Source: an uncultured cyanobacterium
GTDB taxonomy: Bacteria; Cyanobacteriota; Cyanobacteriia; Cyanobacteriales; Nostocaceae
DNA length: 64,000 nt
NCBI GenBank assembly: GCA_963706595.1
Contig: OY970166.1
Span: 2,752,001 to 2,816,000, forward strand
Direction of reading: 5' to 3'
Shown here: in pieces, positions 42,752 through 53,257 of the stretch
Layout of the letters: each line of letters begins with the position of its first letter
Position numbering within the stretch: the stretch's first letter is position 1
Program-made: the position numbers and the translations under genes
The notes under the pieces: generated by a model
Seen by the model: the letters and a program-made list of their open reading frames with translations, nothing else
Databases searched by the model: none
What the model was told of the DNA's origin: nothing

Positions 42752-44023
42752 TCAAACTTCCTGCTTTGTCACTATTGGAGACTCAATTCCTTCACGACTG
42801 GCGATCACTGATTCAAATAAATCTTCATAGTGATTTAAAGCTTGCTCAAAGGCGTATTGCTCCATAGCATATTGACGACTGTGAACACCTAAATCTTTAA
42901 CTTTTTCAGGATGCTGGTACAAATCTAAAATTGCTGCTGCTAAAGCTTTAGAGTCTTCTGGTGGTACAATCACTCCTCCACCACTTTGTCTCACAGCTTT
43001 TGCGGCTGTGCCACTTTCGGGTACAGATGCAACCAATGCTCTACCACTGGCCAGTAGCGATTGAATTTTCGATGGCATATTGAAAGACACCACATTTTTC
43101 TTCTGGACTACCAAACCAATATCCGCAGATGCTAACATTTGTGGTAATTGTTTGCGGGGTTGGAACGGTAGCAGTAAAACGTTATCGGCACCGAAGTCTA
43201 AACAATACTTTTGTAATCGCTGCAAGCCTTTGGCCTCACCCACAATCACAAAGGCGATATCTGGAATGTGGCGCAACTGAGCAGCAGCTTTAACAACAGT
43301 TTCTAAGCCTTGTGTCAGACCAATATTGCCAGAATATAAAGCTACAAATTTGCCATTAAGATTATGTACCGCACGAAAAGGATTATTTTCTGGGGAAAAG
43401 GGACGAATAAAATTCACGTCAACCCAGTTAGGAATTTGCTCGATTTTCTCAGGTGCTACACCCTTAGATAGCAAATTTTCGACAAATCCATCGGCAATAA
43501 CGCTAATCTTTGTGGCTGTGTGATAAGCAAATTTTTCTAATGCAGTAAATACCTTGATCAGTAATTTATTTTTGAGCAGTCCCACATGAATCGCTGCTTC
43601 GGGTAAGATATCTTGAAGATTCAAGACCACAGGGCAGGCGCGTAACCATCCTAAAAGGGCTGCCGGCACACAAACAGGCAATGATGGCGATGTTGAGAGG
43701 ATAACATCTGGCCGCCAGCCAAACAGGGCTGGTAAAAAGCTAGTCACGACAAAACTAGCATCCAACAATACTCTATCTAACAAATTGGGTTGTGGACGAA
43801 TCCATATATAACTGCGTTGGATTTGAACGCCGTTTTTGTATTCATTCAAATACAACTTACCCCGGTAACCCTCGTAAACTTGACGTTCAGGATAGTTGGG
43901 CATAGCGGTGATTACGCGCACTTGATGCCCACGCTTGGCTAGTCCCTCTGCTAATTCTGTCATCAACGGGGCTATGCCAATTGGTTCTGGATAGTAGTTG
44001 TAAGAGTAAATTAAAATACGCAT
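42752..44023 (-). CDS. Glycosyltransferase family 4 (WcaI-like)
   Basis: NYYPEPIG, YSGNIG and NMPSKI. Confidence 0.9.
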   Translation of the reverse strand: MRILIYSYNYYPEPIGIAPLMTELAEGLAKRGHQVRVITAMPNYPERQVYEGYRGKLYLNEYKNGVQIQRSYIWIRPQPNLLDRVLLDASFVVTSFLPALFGWRPDVILSTSPSLPVCVPAALLGWLRACPVVLNLQDILPEAAIHVGLLKNKLLIKVFTALEKFAYHTATKISVIADGFVENLLSKGVAPEKIEQIPNWVDVNFIRPFSPENNPFRAVHNLNGKFVALYSGNIGLTQGLETVVKAAAQLRHIPDIAFVIVGEAKGLQRLQKYCLDFGADNVLLLPFQPRKQLPQMLASADIGLVVQKKNVVSFNMPSKIQSLLASGRALVASVPESGTAAKAVRQSGGGVIVPPEDSKALAAAILDLYQHPEKVKDLGVHSRQYAMEQYAFEQALNHYEDLFESVIASREGIESPIVTKQEV

Positions 44024-44796
44024 AAAAAATTATTCAGAAATTTCCTGGCTTTTATGGTTAACGAAAATATTCTGGAGAAGGAAATTATTGTTTCCCACTT
44101 TGATGCTCCTATATTTAATTTTCTCTTTAGAGTTTCTCTAATAACAGGAGTTTTTATTAAAGATTTAGTAAATTTTGTCTTGGCTACTTAAGTAAGCTAC
44201 CTGTACTGGTTGTGAGATTTTTCTTGGAGTAAATGTATACTTTGATATTTTGCCTCAGTATTGTACTTAGAAAAATATGTGTCGATTACATTGTAAACAA
44301 TAATTAACAAAGGTTTATGAAGAGTATAAAAATATAATGTAAATTTTTAGCCTGATTTTTATTTAGCTGCTGAACAGGCAAAGATTTTCTGTTAATGACC
44401 GGGGTAGGAATAGTATGCCTGACCATCTTGTATTTTATAGGTAAATTTTAGATGCCGTAAATATATACGTAGAAATTTAGTGAAGTTGGCATCAATTGAC
44501 GAATTGAGCAGAGGTATCATAAATCCTGCTGCCAGACTAGGACAGTTTCTATTAATGGTGTATTTTCCTCTGTTTCAAGATCAGTGGCATGGACTGATGA
44601 TAAAGATTTTGTAAACAATACGGATAGTGTCAACAAGGTTAAGGCGATCTCTCCACATACATTCACCTCGATTCCACAATCATGACCGCAGAGGCAGGGG
44701 AAGTTTTTCCCACGATTGAGGCGAATCATCACTGAAATAGCTATACTCCAAAGTGATACCCTCACTATATACTGAAGTTTTCTAGGGCTGGATTTT

Positions 44797-45441
44797 ATGA
44801 CATCCTACGCAACCTCCTTTGCCAAGGCGGAAATGAGTGAACTCCGGCGGTTAAAAGGCTTACTACCGCCAGAATTGCAGAGCTGGGTCACGGTTGAAGG
44901 TACGACCGAGGTGAATCCACCGATGATCCGTTGTGAAGAAATTGGTAAAGACCAAGTAGAAATTCAAATTGACTTGGTGAAATGGGATGCTCTGGCAATG
45001 GATCAGCGTAATTTGCTGTTCTGGCATGAAGTGGCTCGCATTCAAAATGATACTATTCCCAAAGATGGCTGGGAAATGGCAGCATTGGCTATTGGTTTAG
45101 GTGGTGCTGTGGGCGAATTGTGGGTACAAGATGGATTATTGCTGGTCTTAGCTTTGGCACTATGTGGTGTCTCTGGCTGGCGATTGTATCAAAAAAATAA
45201 TGGCGAAAAGCAAATCCGAGAATTGCTAGTTGCTGACGAGAAAGCGATCGCTCTGGCAACTCGCTTTGGTTATAGTCTCCCTAACGCCTACAAGAGTCTG
45301 GGTAGTGCCTTAAAAACTATGATTGATAATACACCTAGCAAGCGCCAACGGTCTCGCTACGAGGCACGACTTTCGGCTCTTAAACGCAGTGCCAACAAAG
45401 CCAAAGCTAAATCTAAGACTACAGATGAGTCTGGACAGTAA
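44797..45441 (+). CDS. Conserved cyanobacterial membrane protein (DUF3318-like)
   Basis: QRNLLFWHEVARIQ and GWEMAALAIGLGG. Confidence 0.8.
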   Translation: MTSYATSFAKAEMSELRRLKGLLPPELQSWVTVEGTTEVNPPMIRCEEIGKDQVEIQIDLVKWDALAMDQRNLLFWHEVARIQNDTIPKDGWEMAALAIGLGGAVGELWVQDGLLLVLALALCGVSGWRLYQKNNGEKQIRELLVADEKAIALATRFGYSLPNAYKSLGSALKTMIDNTPSKRQRSRYEARLSALKRSANKAKAKSKTTDESGQ

Positions 45442-45494
45442 AATGCCATCAGTAGGTGGGGTGGTTATTTTCCACCCCCAAAAAATATTTGATC

Positions 45495-46291
45495 CTACAG
45501 TTGATTTAACATTTTGTGAGTTTGAGGTATAACCCGGACTTGTGAGACAAACTGCTTCATTAAAGCTTGCCACATCAAGACTTGTTCGGGAGCAGGTGCT
45601 AGTACAGGTGTTTGAGTCAGTTGTTCAGAGGTTGGTAAAGGTGTCACAGGTTGTAAAAACACCGGGATTTTGGGCTGACATCTGCCACCATTGCGGCTGC
45701 ACGTTCCAACTCGGCTGGATCTGTACAATTAGAAATAATTATCTTGACAAAAATATCTAAATCTGCATCTGAAGATAATTGTAAAAATTCTGTATGTTCT
45801 TGCCAGAGGCTTTCGCCACTCACACTGGGCAGTTTTAAATCCATGCCGACGGAATCTAGATGGGGTAAAATCATCGCCAACTGTTCAGGGCGATGTCCAC
45901 CAGACTCTAAATATATGGGTAAATTGGTAAGCGATCGCACTTGGGGCAAAAATTCCTTTAAGAAAGCTGCATGAAGAAGAGGTTCGCCACCAGTTAAGCT
46001 AATGCTATCGTGTAGACAAGGTAGATTTTGCCTTTCCACCCATTGGATTAAAATGGGTAGTGGGACAGGATTCGAGTGAATTTCAAAGTCCCGCAATCCA
46101 GGCGATCGCTCGATCCGACAAGTAGGGGGTGCATTCCAAGTGTGGGCGCTATCGCAAAAGTGACAACGCAAGTCACAAAAAGCAAAGCGAATAAAAAGTT
46201 GACGTGTCCCGACATTCAGTCCTTCCCCTTGAATAGCAGAAAAGACCTCAATCAGACGTGCTGTAGGTTGAACCGTAGTTTTAACAGTCAT
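45495..46291 (-). pseudogene. queE: 7-carboxy-7-deazaguanine synthase, split by a -1 frameshift near 45668-45674
   Basis: AIQGEG and CDLRCHFCDS radical-SAM motif; the C-terminus (IPVFLQPV ... VRVIPQTHK) lies in another frame. Confidence 0.82.
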
Positions 46292-46509
46292 GGGATAGTA
46301 GCAACGCGATCGCGCTGCGTTGGCACAAAAGAGAGGATATTTTTTTAGTTCTTGTTCTATTGTGAATCGTCGCTGGCAATCTCCGCTCCCATCCTCAGTC
46401 ACTAATTACTAACTATTAGTGTTTATGCCTACTAATTAATTAATTATCATCTGAGGACAAGGTTAAGTAAATTACCAGGATAAAATAATTTTTGGCAGTT
46501 TAAATTTAC

Positions 46510-47559
46510 ATGGCAACGAAAGTGCAGAGCTTCATGACTAGCCAACCCACACAGGAAGACTTTCCAGTTTCTTCTATGCAGGAAACTGTAATAGTACAGG
46601 TAACAGCGCGGTTAAGCGTGCTAGAGGCAGTAGCCTTTAAGCAGACCTGCCAAGATTTAATTCAAGCAAATACACCTCCCAAGCAAATCACTATTGATTT
46701 CCACCAAACTACTTTTATGGATAGTAGTGGTTTAGGTGCGCTGGTGAGTAATTTCAAAAATGCCCAAGAAAAAGGCATTGTTTTGACTTTGCGAAATGTT
46801 ACGCCTCAAGTCATGGCAGTGCTAAACCTCACAGGATTAGATGAAGTTTTCACCATTGAGTCTAGCAGGGAAAGGTCATCAATAGAAACTGATGAACCCA
46901 AAGATACCCACAAGAGTAATTCTCGCAAAGTAGAGCCACTACCCACAACTCATCCTTCTGTGGCATCTTGGATGAAACGGTTCATAGACGTTGTTGGCGC
47001 ATTAGTTGGTTTGGTGATTACCGGATTTTTATTTATTCCCATGGTAGTGGCTATCCAAATTGATGATCCTGGTCCAATTTTCTTTGGTCAAATTCGCTGC
47101 GGTTGGATGGGCAAACGGTTTAAAATTTGGAAATTCCGCTCCATGTGTGTAGATGCTGAAGCGAAGAAATCCCAAGTTAAAAATGAAGTCCAAGGTGCAT
47201 TTTTCAAGAATGAAAAAGATCCTAGAGTCACGAAGGTAGGGCGGTTTTTACGCCGTACCAGCTTGGATGAATTACCGCAATTTTGGAACGTCCTCAAAGG
47301 AGATATGAGCCTAGTGGGGACTAGACCACCCACACCTGATGAAGTAGAACGCTATGAAGTACCGGAATGGCAACGTTTAGACGTTAAACCCGGTATGACT
47401 GGAGAATGGCAAGTTAATGGACGATCTAAAGTCCGCAATTTTGAGGATGTTATTCGCCTAGATTTAGAGTATCAGAAAAATTGGACTTTATTATACGATT
47501 TGAAATTAATTTGGAAAACTGTAGCAATTCTATTTAATAAAAATAGTGGTGCTGTTTAG
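46510..47559 (+). CDS. STAS (anti-sigma antagonist) domain fused to a bacterial sugar transferase
   Basis: FMDSSGLGALV; KFRSM, DPRVT, SLDELPQFWNVLKGDMSLVG. Confidence 0.92.
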   Translation: MATKVQSFMTSQPTQEDFPVSSMQETVIVQVTARLSVLEAVAFKQTCQDLIQANTPPKQITIDFHQTTFMDSSGLGALVSNFKNAQEKGIVLTLRNVTPQVMAVLNLTGLDEVFTIESSRERSSIETDEPKDTHKSNSRKVEPLPTTHPSVASWMKRFIDVVGALVGLVITGFLFIPMVVAIQIDDPGPIFFGQIRCGWMGKRFKIWKFRSMCVDAEAKKSQVKNEVQGAFFKNEKDPRVTKVGRFLRRTSLDELPQFWNVLKGDMSLVGTRPPTPDEVERYEVPEWQRLDVKPGMTGEWQVNGRSKVRNFEDVIRLDLEYQKNWTLLYDLKLIWKTVAILFNKNSGAV

Positions 47560-47616
47560 TTAATTAGCTTAATTTCTACTTTGTTAGTAAATCGCCATCT
47601 ATTTTCATTTCTAGAT

Positions 47617-47655
47617 ATACCCAAGCTTTTAATTAAGTTTGGGTATTGCTTTTTT
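47617..47655 (+). terminator. Intrinsic terminator
   Basis: ATACCCAAGC/GTTTGGGTAT stem followed by a T run. Confidence 0.6.
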
Positions 47656-47713
47656 AAGCTTAATTCACGAAGTCGTTATTGTGAGGATAAAACCAATATA
47701 AGGATAACATTTA

Positions 47714-47959
47714 TTAGTCATAATGATATTTACAGGACAAAATAATTAATAAATCTTCTTCCACTTTGTAAACTAATCGATGTTCATCTGAAATACGCCT
47801 TGACCACTAACCTTGTAGTTCATATTTCAAAGCTTCTGGCTTGCCTATTCCTGAAAAAGCATCTCTTTGTATATCTTTAATTAGTGCCAATATTTTTTTG
47901 AAAATTCTTTTATCTTCTGTCGCCCATTCACCAAGTTGTTCAAATGCAACCTTTTTCAT
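47714..47959 (-). pseudogene. Txe/YoeB family toxin with in-frame stop
   Basis: MKKVAFEQLGEW...[27 protein letters not shown]...CKYHYD; TAG at 47807-47809. Confidence 0.88.
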
Positions 47960-48191
47960 ACTCATCTAAATCAACATATATCAAATTTCCTTTTTCTACA
48001 TTCTCCAAAGCTTTAAGTAAATGTGTTTTGTTAGCTTCTGATTTCATCAGATAGGTTGTTTCATCTTCTTTAGTGGGTGGTTCAACTAGCACAATGACTT
48101 CTACTACTGTTCCTTCTGGTAGTTCGGTTGTAGACAATTCAATTTTGCCATCTTTACCGACAACAGCCTTTTGTTTAATTCCACTCAGCAT
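47940..48191 (-). CDS. Antitoxin paired with YoeB
   Basis: YefM-like C-terminus ETTYLMKSEANKTHL; overlaps the toxin start. Confidence 0.8.
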   Translation of the reverse strand: MLSGIKQKAVVGKDGKIELSTTELPEGTVVEVIVLVEPPTKEDETTYLMKSEANKTHLLKALENVEKGNLIYVDLDEYEKGCI

Positions 48192-48226
48192 AATTATTCT
48201 AAATTTTCATATTTTCTGTAATTTAA

Positions 48227-48322
48227 CTATATCTGATTGGTCTGATGTTTAGGCGCTGCCTTGATAACCCTAGAGTTATTCTTATAAAACTCTATGAGAA
48301 TATTTGTATCACATAAAATCAT
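48227..48322 (-). pseudogene. Truncated PIN/VapC toxin
   Basis: MILCDTNILIEFYKNN start overlapping the antitoxin stop (ATGA); similarity ends after about 20 codons. Confidence 0.8.
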
Positions 48323-48540
48323 TTAACATCTTCTCGCCATGCTTCTTGACGAATCGACTCAGTAGTAACATTTCTATTTTCCCACAGCCCTGCCAAAGAA
48401 AAAAAATCTTGCTCATCTTTAGATATATTCGCGTTATCTTCCATTACTTCTACAGAGTTAACAAAATCTAAAGCAGAAAGAATCTTCAATAGCATTTCTG
48501 CTTTTTCCTTATCAGCCACTCGAACTAAGTAGGTCAACAT
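48319..48540 (-). CDS. Putative antitoxin whose 5' end is interrupted by a MITE (original ATG at 48644)
   Basis: FFSLAGLWENR ... IRQEAW; coupled to the PIN fragment. Confidence 0.7.
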   Translation of the reverse strand: MLTYLVRVADKEKAEMLLKILSALDFVNSVEVMEDNANISKDEQDFFSLAGLWENRNVTTESIRQEAWREDVK

Positions 48541-48629
48541 AATTAAACATAAAACCTTGACGATATAGATCCCCGACTTCTTCGAGAAGTCGGGGATCTG
48601 GGTATTACGTTTTTTAAGCTTGAGCTACT
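48528..48629. mobile_element. 102-bp MITE-like element, AGTAG...CTACT ends, TA target duplication, internal 33-bp palindrome
   Basis: TA at 48526-27 and 48630-31; near-identical inverted, truncated copy at 57601-57688. Confidence 0.8.
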
Positions 48630-48683
48630 TATTAATTGTTCCATAGGATAATTACTCTTAATTTTCATCTTTTCTTTAATATA

Positions 48684-48820
48684 AGTAACTTGGCCGGAAT
48701 AAACCTAACTATGTGAAGTAATGTAACACTTTTGTGATTTAGCTCGTAGTAAGGGCTTAAGCCCTTAATTCAGGACTTTAGTCCTGACTACAAACCTTTA
48801 ATTATTTACGCCGATTTACT
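48684..48820. mobile_element. 137-bp MITE-like element, AGTAA...TTACT ends, TA target duplication
   Basis: Imperfect terminal inverted repeats AGTAACTTGGCCGGAATAA / TTATTTACGCCGATTTACT; its removal restores alignment with 48192-48262. Confidence 0.72.
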
Positions 48821-48849
48821 TAACTATATCTGATGGGTCTGGTGTTTGA

Positions 48850-48878
48850 GCGATGCCTTTGGCAAGCGTAGCTATCGC
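48850..48878. repeat. HIP1 site split by a 21-nt insert (SDR5-like)
   Basis: GCGATGCCTTTGGCAAGCGTAGCTATCGC is 29 nt, equal to GCGATCGC plus 21 nt. Confidence 0.6.
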
Positions 48879-49053
48879 TCTTTTTAACGAACCACAGAGG
48901 CGCAGAGAACACAGAGAAAGGCGTTAGTTTAGTAGAGATATTAGAACTTTAATTGGGAATACTGAGTAAAGCGCGGTATTTGCGGCTTTTATCGACAAAG
49001 CAGCTTTTCACGGGATATCGCGCTGCTGAGGGTTTACCAATGAATAAAAAATT

Positions 49054-50262
49054 ATGAGTTTAGCACTTACAGTAACTTTTGCGCTTGCAGATTGGATTGC
49101 GAAAGGCTTGGCGGATGGAACTTTTGAAAGAGTCGGCGGTGTAATTCGAGAAGTAGGGAACAAACAAGTTGTCACCTGGTTACGTGAATATGGATCAAAT
49201 AGTTCTGCTAATGCAGCTATTTCAGGAAAAGGATTTGCTGATGTTAATGGGCGTTTAGGTAGTATGGAAAGTCAAATAGGGGAAATCGGACAAAATATAC
49301 TGCGAAATCAAGGAATTTTGCAGATAACTACTGCTGCTAGTGTACTTAATCTTGGTGTCTCAGTGATGGGTTTTGCCGTCATTGCACAACGCCTCCAAGA
49401 AATAGAACAACAACTAAAACAAGCACAAGAACTGTTAAACAAAATTGATCGCAAAATTGATTTGAGTTTCTATGCTAATTTTCGTGCTGCAATCGAATTG
49501 GCAATTAATGCCTTCACCATGACTAAACCTGAAAATCGGAGAAGTAGCGCCCTCCAAGCGATTAACAGATTTTTAGAAGCAGAACATATTTACACTGAAT
49601 ATACAGATATAGAAATTGAGCAACAAAGCCAAATTGCTGATGAGTTTTTGCTGACTTTATCTTTAGCCTACTTAGCTGAAGCACGTTGTTATCTGGAATT
49701 AGAAGAAAATGAAACCGCACTTCGCCGATTTCAAGAAGGAGCTAGAGTCATTAGTTCTCGTATTCACAAATATGTAGAAATTTTGCTTACTTCTAACCCA
49801 GCAGCATACTTACAACCTCAGTTTAAAAATGTGATTTCTTTGCGAAGAATGACCCAAATTTATCAATGGATTGATCCAACTTTAGATGAAAATGCGGTTT
49901 TTGATTTACAACGAGAAAACTTGTTTAAGATGGCGCAAGATCCTAACAAGTGGTTAGATTCACTGCCAGCAGCAATTTTAATTCCTGTTGAGGTTCAAGG
50001 AGGTTGGTTCGGACCCGATCATAACGATTTAAAGCGAGAAGCGGATAAACGTCTTCCCCAAGTATTTGAAGTAATGGAATCGATGATTGAAACCAATCGC
50101 CGATTTGAATCTTACCAGACAGAAATACAAGCCGTATCCCAACTAGGAATCAGCTTTCATGACTGGCTTAAATTAACTCCATCTACAGAAATTAAACCAG
50201 ACGGAGCCGAACTAATGTACATTATTCCCTCTCAACCGCTAGACTTGCAACCTGCCATTTGA
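49054..50262 (+). CDS. Hypothetical protein (hydrophobic helix, coiled coil, helical C-terminus)
   Basis: 402-aa ORF; ASVLNLGVSVMGFAVI followed by a heptad-like stretch. Confidence 0.85.
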   Translation: MSLALTVTFALADWIAKGLADGTFERVGGVIREVGNKQVVTWLREYGSNSSANAAISGKGFADVNGRLGSMESQIGEIGQNILRNQGILQITTAASVLNLGVSVMGFAVIAQRLQEIEQQLKQAQELLNKIDRKIDLSFYANFRAAIELAINAFTMTKPENRRSSALQAINRFLEAEHIYTEYTDIEIEQQSQIADEFLLTLSLAYLAEARCYLELEENETALRRFQEGARVISSRIHKYVEILLTSNPAAYLQPQFKNVISLRRMTQIYQWIDPTLDENAVFDLQRENLFKMAQDPNKWLDSLPAAILIPVEVQGGWFGPDHNDLKREADKRLPQVFEVMESMIETNRRFESYQTEIQAVSQLGISFHDWLKLTPSTEIKPDGAELMYIIPSQPLDLQPAI

Positions 50263-50380
50263 ATTAATTTCCCTCTCTTCCTCCGCGTCCTCTGAGCCTC
50301 TGCGGTTCGTTAAAAAAAGGCGAACATTTGTTCGCCTAATCATCATCCTGTTATGGTGTTAATCGATTCAAGCCCAAACT

Positions 50381-50665
50381 TTAATAAACCTCATCGTGGC
50401 TACCGATATCAACCAACACAATCATCTCCTCTGGTGTATCCTGAGATTGTTTTAATGTATAGATAATTCGGCAGTCATAAGCCACTGAACAAGCCCATAA
50501 ACCTTCTAACTGACCACTCAATTTATGAGATTTCAAAACAGGGTTAAATATATCAGACGCTAGTAATTCTAATATTTCAAATATTTTCCCCTCTAATTGG
50601 GGATTCTTACGAATAACTCGCTTAAAAGCTCTCTTAAAACTGGTATCCCAAACTAAAACTTTCAT
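50381..50665 (-). CDS. RelE/YafQ-type mRNA interferase toxin
   Basis: SFKRAFKR, HKLSGQLEGLWACSV and DIGSHDEVY. Confidence 0.88.
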   Translation of the reverse strand: MKVLVWDTSFKRAFKRVIRKNPQLEGKIFEILELLASDIFNPVLKSHKLSGQLEGLWACSVAYDCRIIYTLKQSQDTPEEMIVLVDIGSHDEVY

Positions 50666-50883
50666 TCATCTCCAGTCAAATCAGCCCATAAATCCGCTAC
50701 AGTACCTTTTTTAGCTGTTCCTGCGTCAATTGCTGCTAAGGTTTGCACCCCATGATTAGCTATTTCTGAGCGTCGTTTTTCAACTCTTCTTTTTTGAATT
50801 AGTTCTAATAATAAATCTTGGTCTTCTTGAGAAAGAGCTTCAACGTATCCAATTATTTCTTGAAAAGATATAGTATTGCTCAT
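50662..50883 (-). CDS. Antitoxin of the RelE/YafQ module
   Basis: Small ORF coupled by ATGA to the toxin; start MSNTISF. Confidence 0.78.
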   Translation of the reverse strand: MSNTISFQEIIGYVEALSQEDQDLLLELIQKRRVEKRRSEIANHGVQTLAAIDAGTAKKGTVADLWADLTGDE

Positions 50884-50949
50884 AGAAAACCTCACTTATA
50901 CCCAAATAACATAGAGTGGGGTTAGCATCATTCACCCCACTCCATATTA

Positions 50950-52383
<1,434 letters not shown>

Positions 52384-52501
52384 TTATGGCAGGTGAATAT
52401 AGGACAGGCATAAGGGGGAGATGATGTTTCCCCCTGAATACCGTAGTTGGTGGCATATAGCACCAGTTAACAGTCCCTATATTCCACAGGAACGGTAATA
52501 A

Positions 52502-53240
52502 TTAAGTGTTGGGGAAGAGACGGGCAATCTCTGATTCATCAAAAACTCCTGATGGCAGTTCTTCCCCTAATAAATCGTTATTTTCTTCAATGTTTTGCAA
52601 TGCTTTTTCATCACTCCAAACATCTGACAATACGTCTCTAAAGGCGTTCTCGTCTGGTGTATTCAGACTCATCCAGCATTTCGTCAGACGCAGTTGGTGC
52701 ATCAAAGGAAATCTCGCCAAAATCATCAGCTTCCGGATCTAGTGCTTCATTGAACTCATCACTCAGTTCATTTTCGCTGGACTGGGATTCGCCGACTATT
52801 AGAGTTTGCAGATCGGAATCCATCTCAAAGCCATTTGTATAAGAAATCGCCAGAGTTTCATCTTCAGAACGTTCATCTATGGTTTCTGCTGACTCGTATT
52901 GATTTATCTCTTCTGCTTCTTCGTATGTTTCAGAAGGAGGAATAAAACGATTACCAAGAGCAATGTCTGGGTCAAAATGCAAATCCAGCACTTCAATCAG
53001 AGTATCAGCATCCGGATTAAGCTGGGAAAAGGGCATCATTAACTGTGCCAGTTTTGGTTCCAGCGCATTGACAACGCCCAGGATGAGGTATGAAGGTGGA
53101 CGTTTTCCGCCATCAGGAGTGTAAACGGACTCTGCTTTCATGTGCAGGATAATCCATTCCCGGTTTGCCTGAAAAAATTGCAACCACTTCTGTTTTATTG
53201 AATCCGTAAAGCTATTAAAGAAAGCCATATTTTTCCTCAT
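52502..53240 (-). pseudogene. DUF5331-like protein between chlL and chlN, apparently frameshifted near 52660-52675
   Basis: N-terminus PDGGKRPPSYLILGV; acidic tail continues in another frame (DVLSDVW ... EIARLFPNT). Confidence 0.6.
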
Positions 53241-53257
53241 CCTGAATATTGATGTTG

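Noticed and set aside
44517..44765. 82-aa minus-strand ORF or structured leader upstream of the DUF3318-like gene
   Set aside because: No motif, and only weak hairpins; insufficient support for either call
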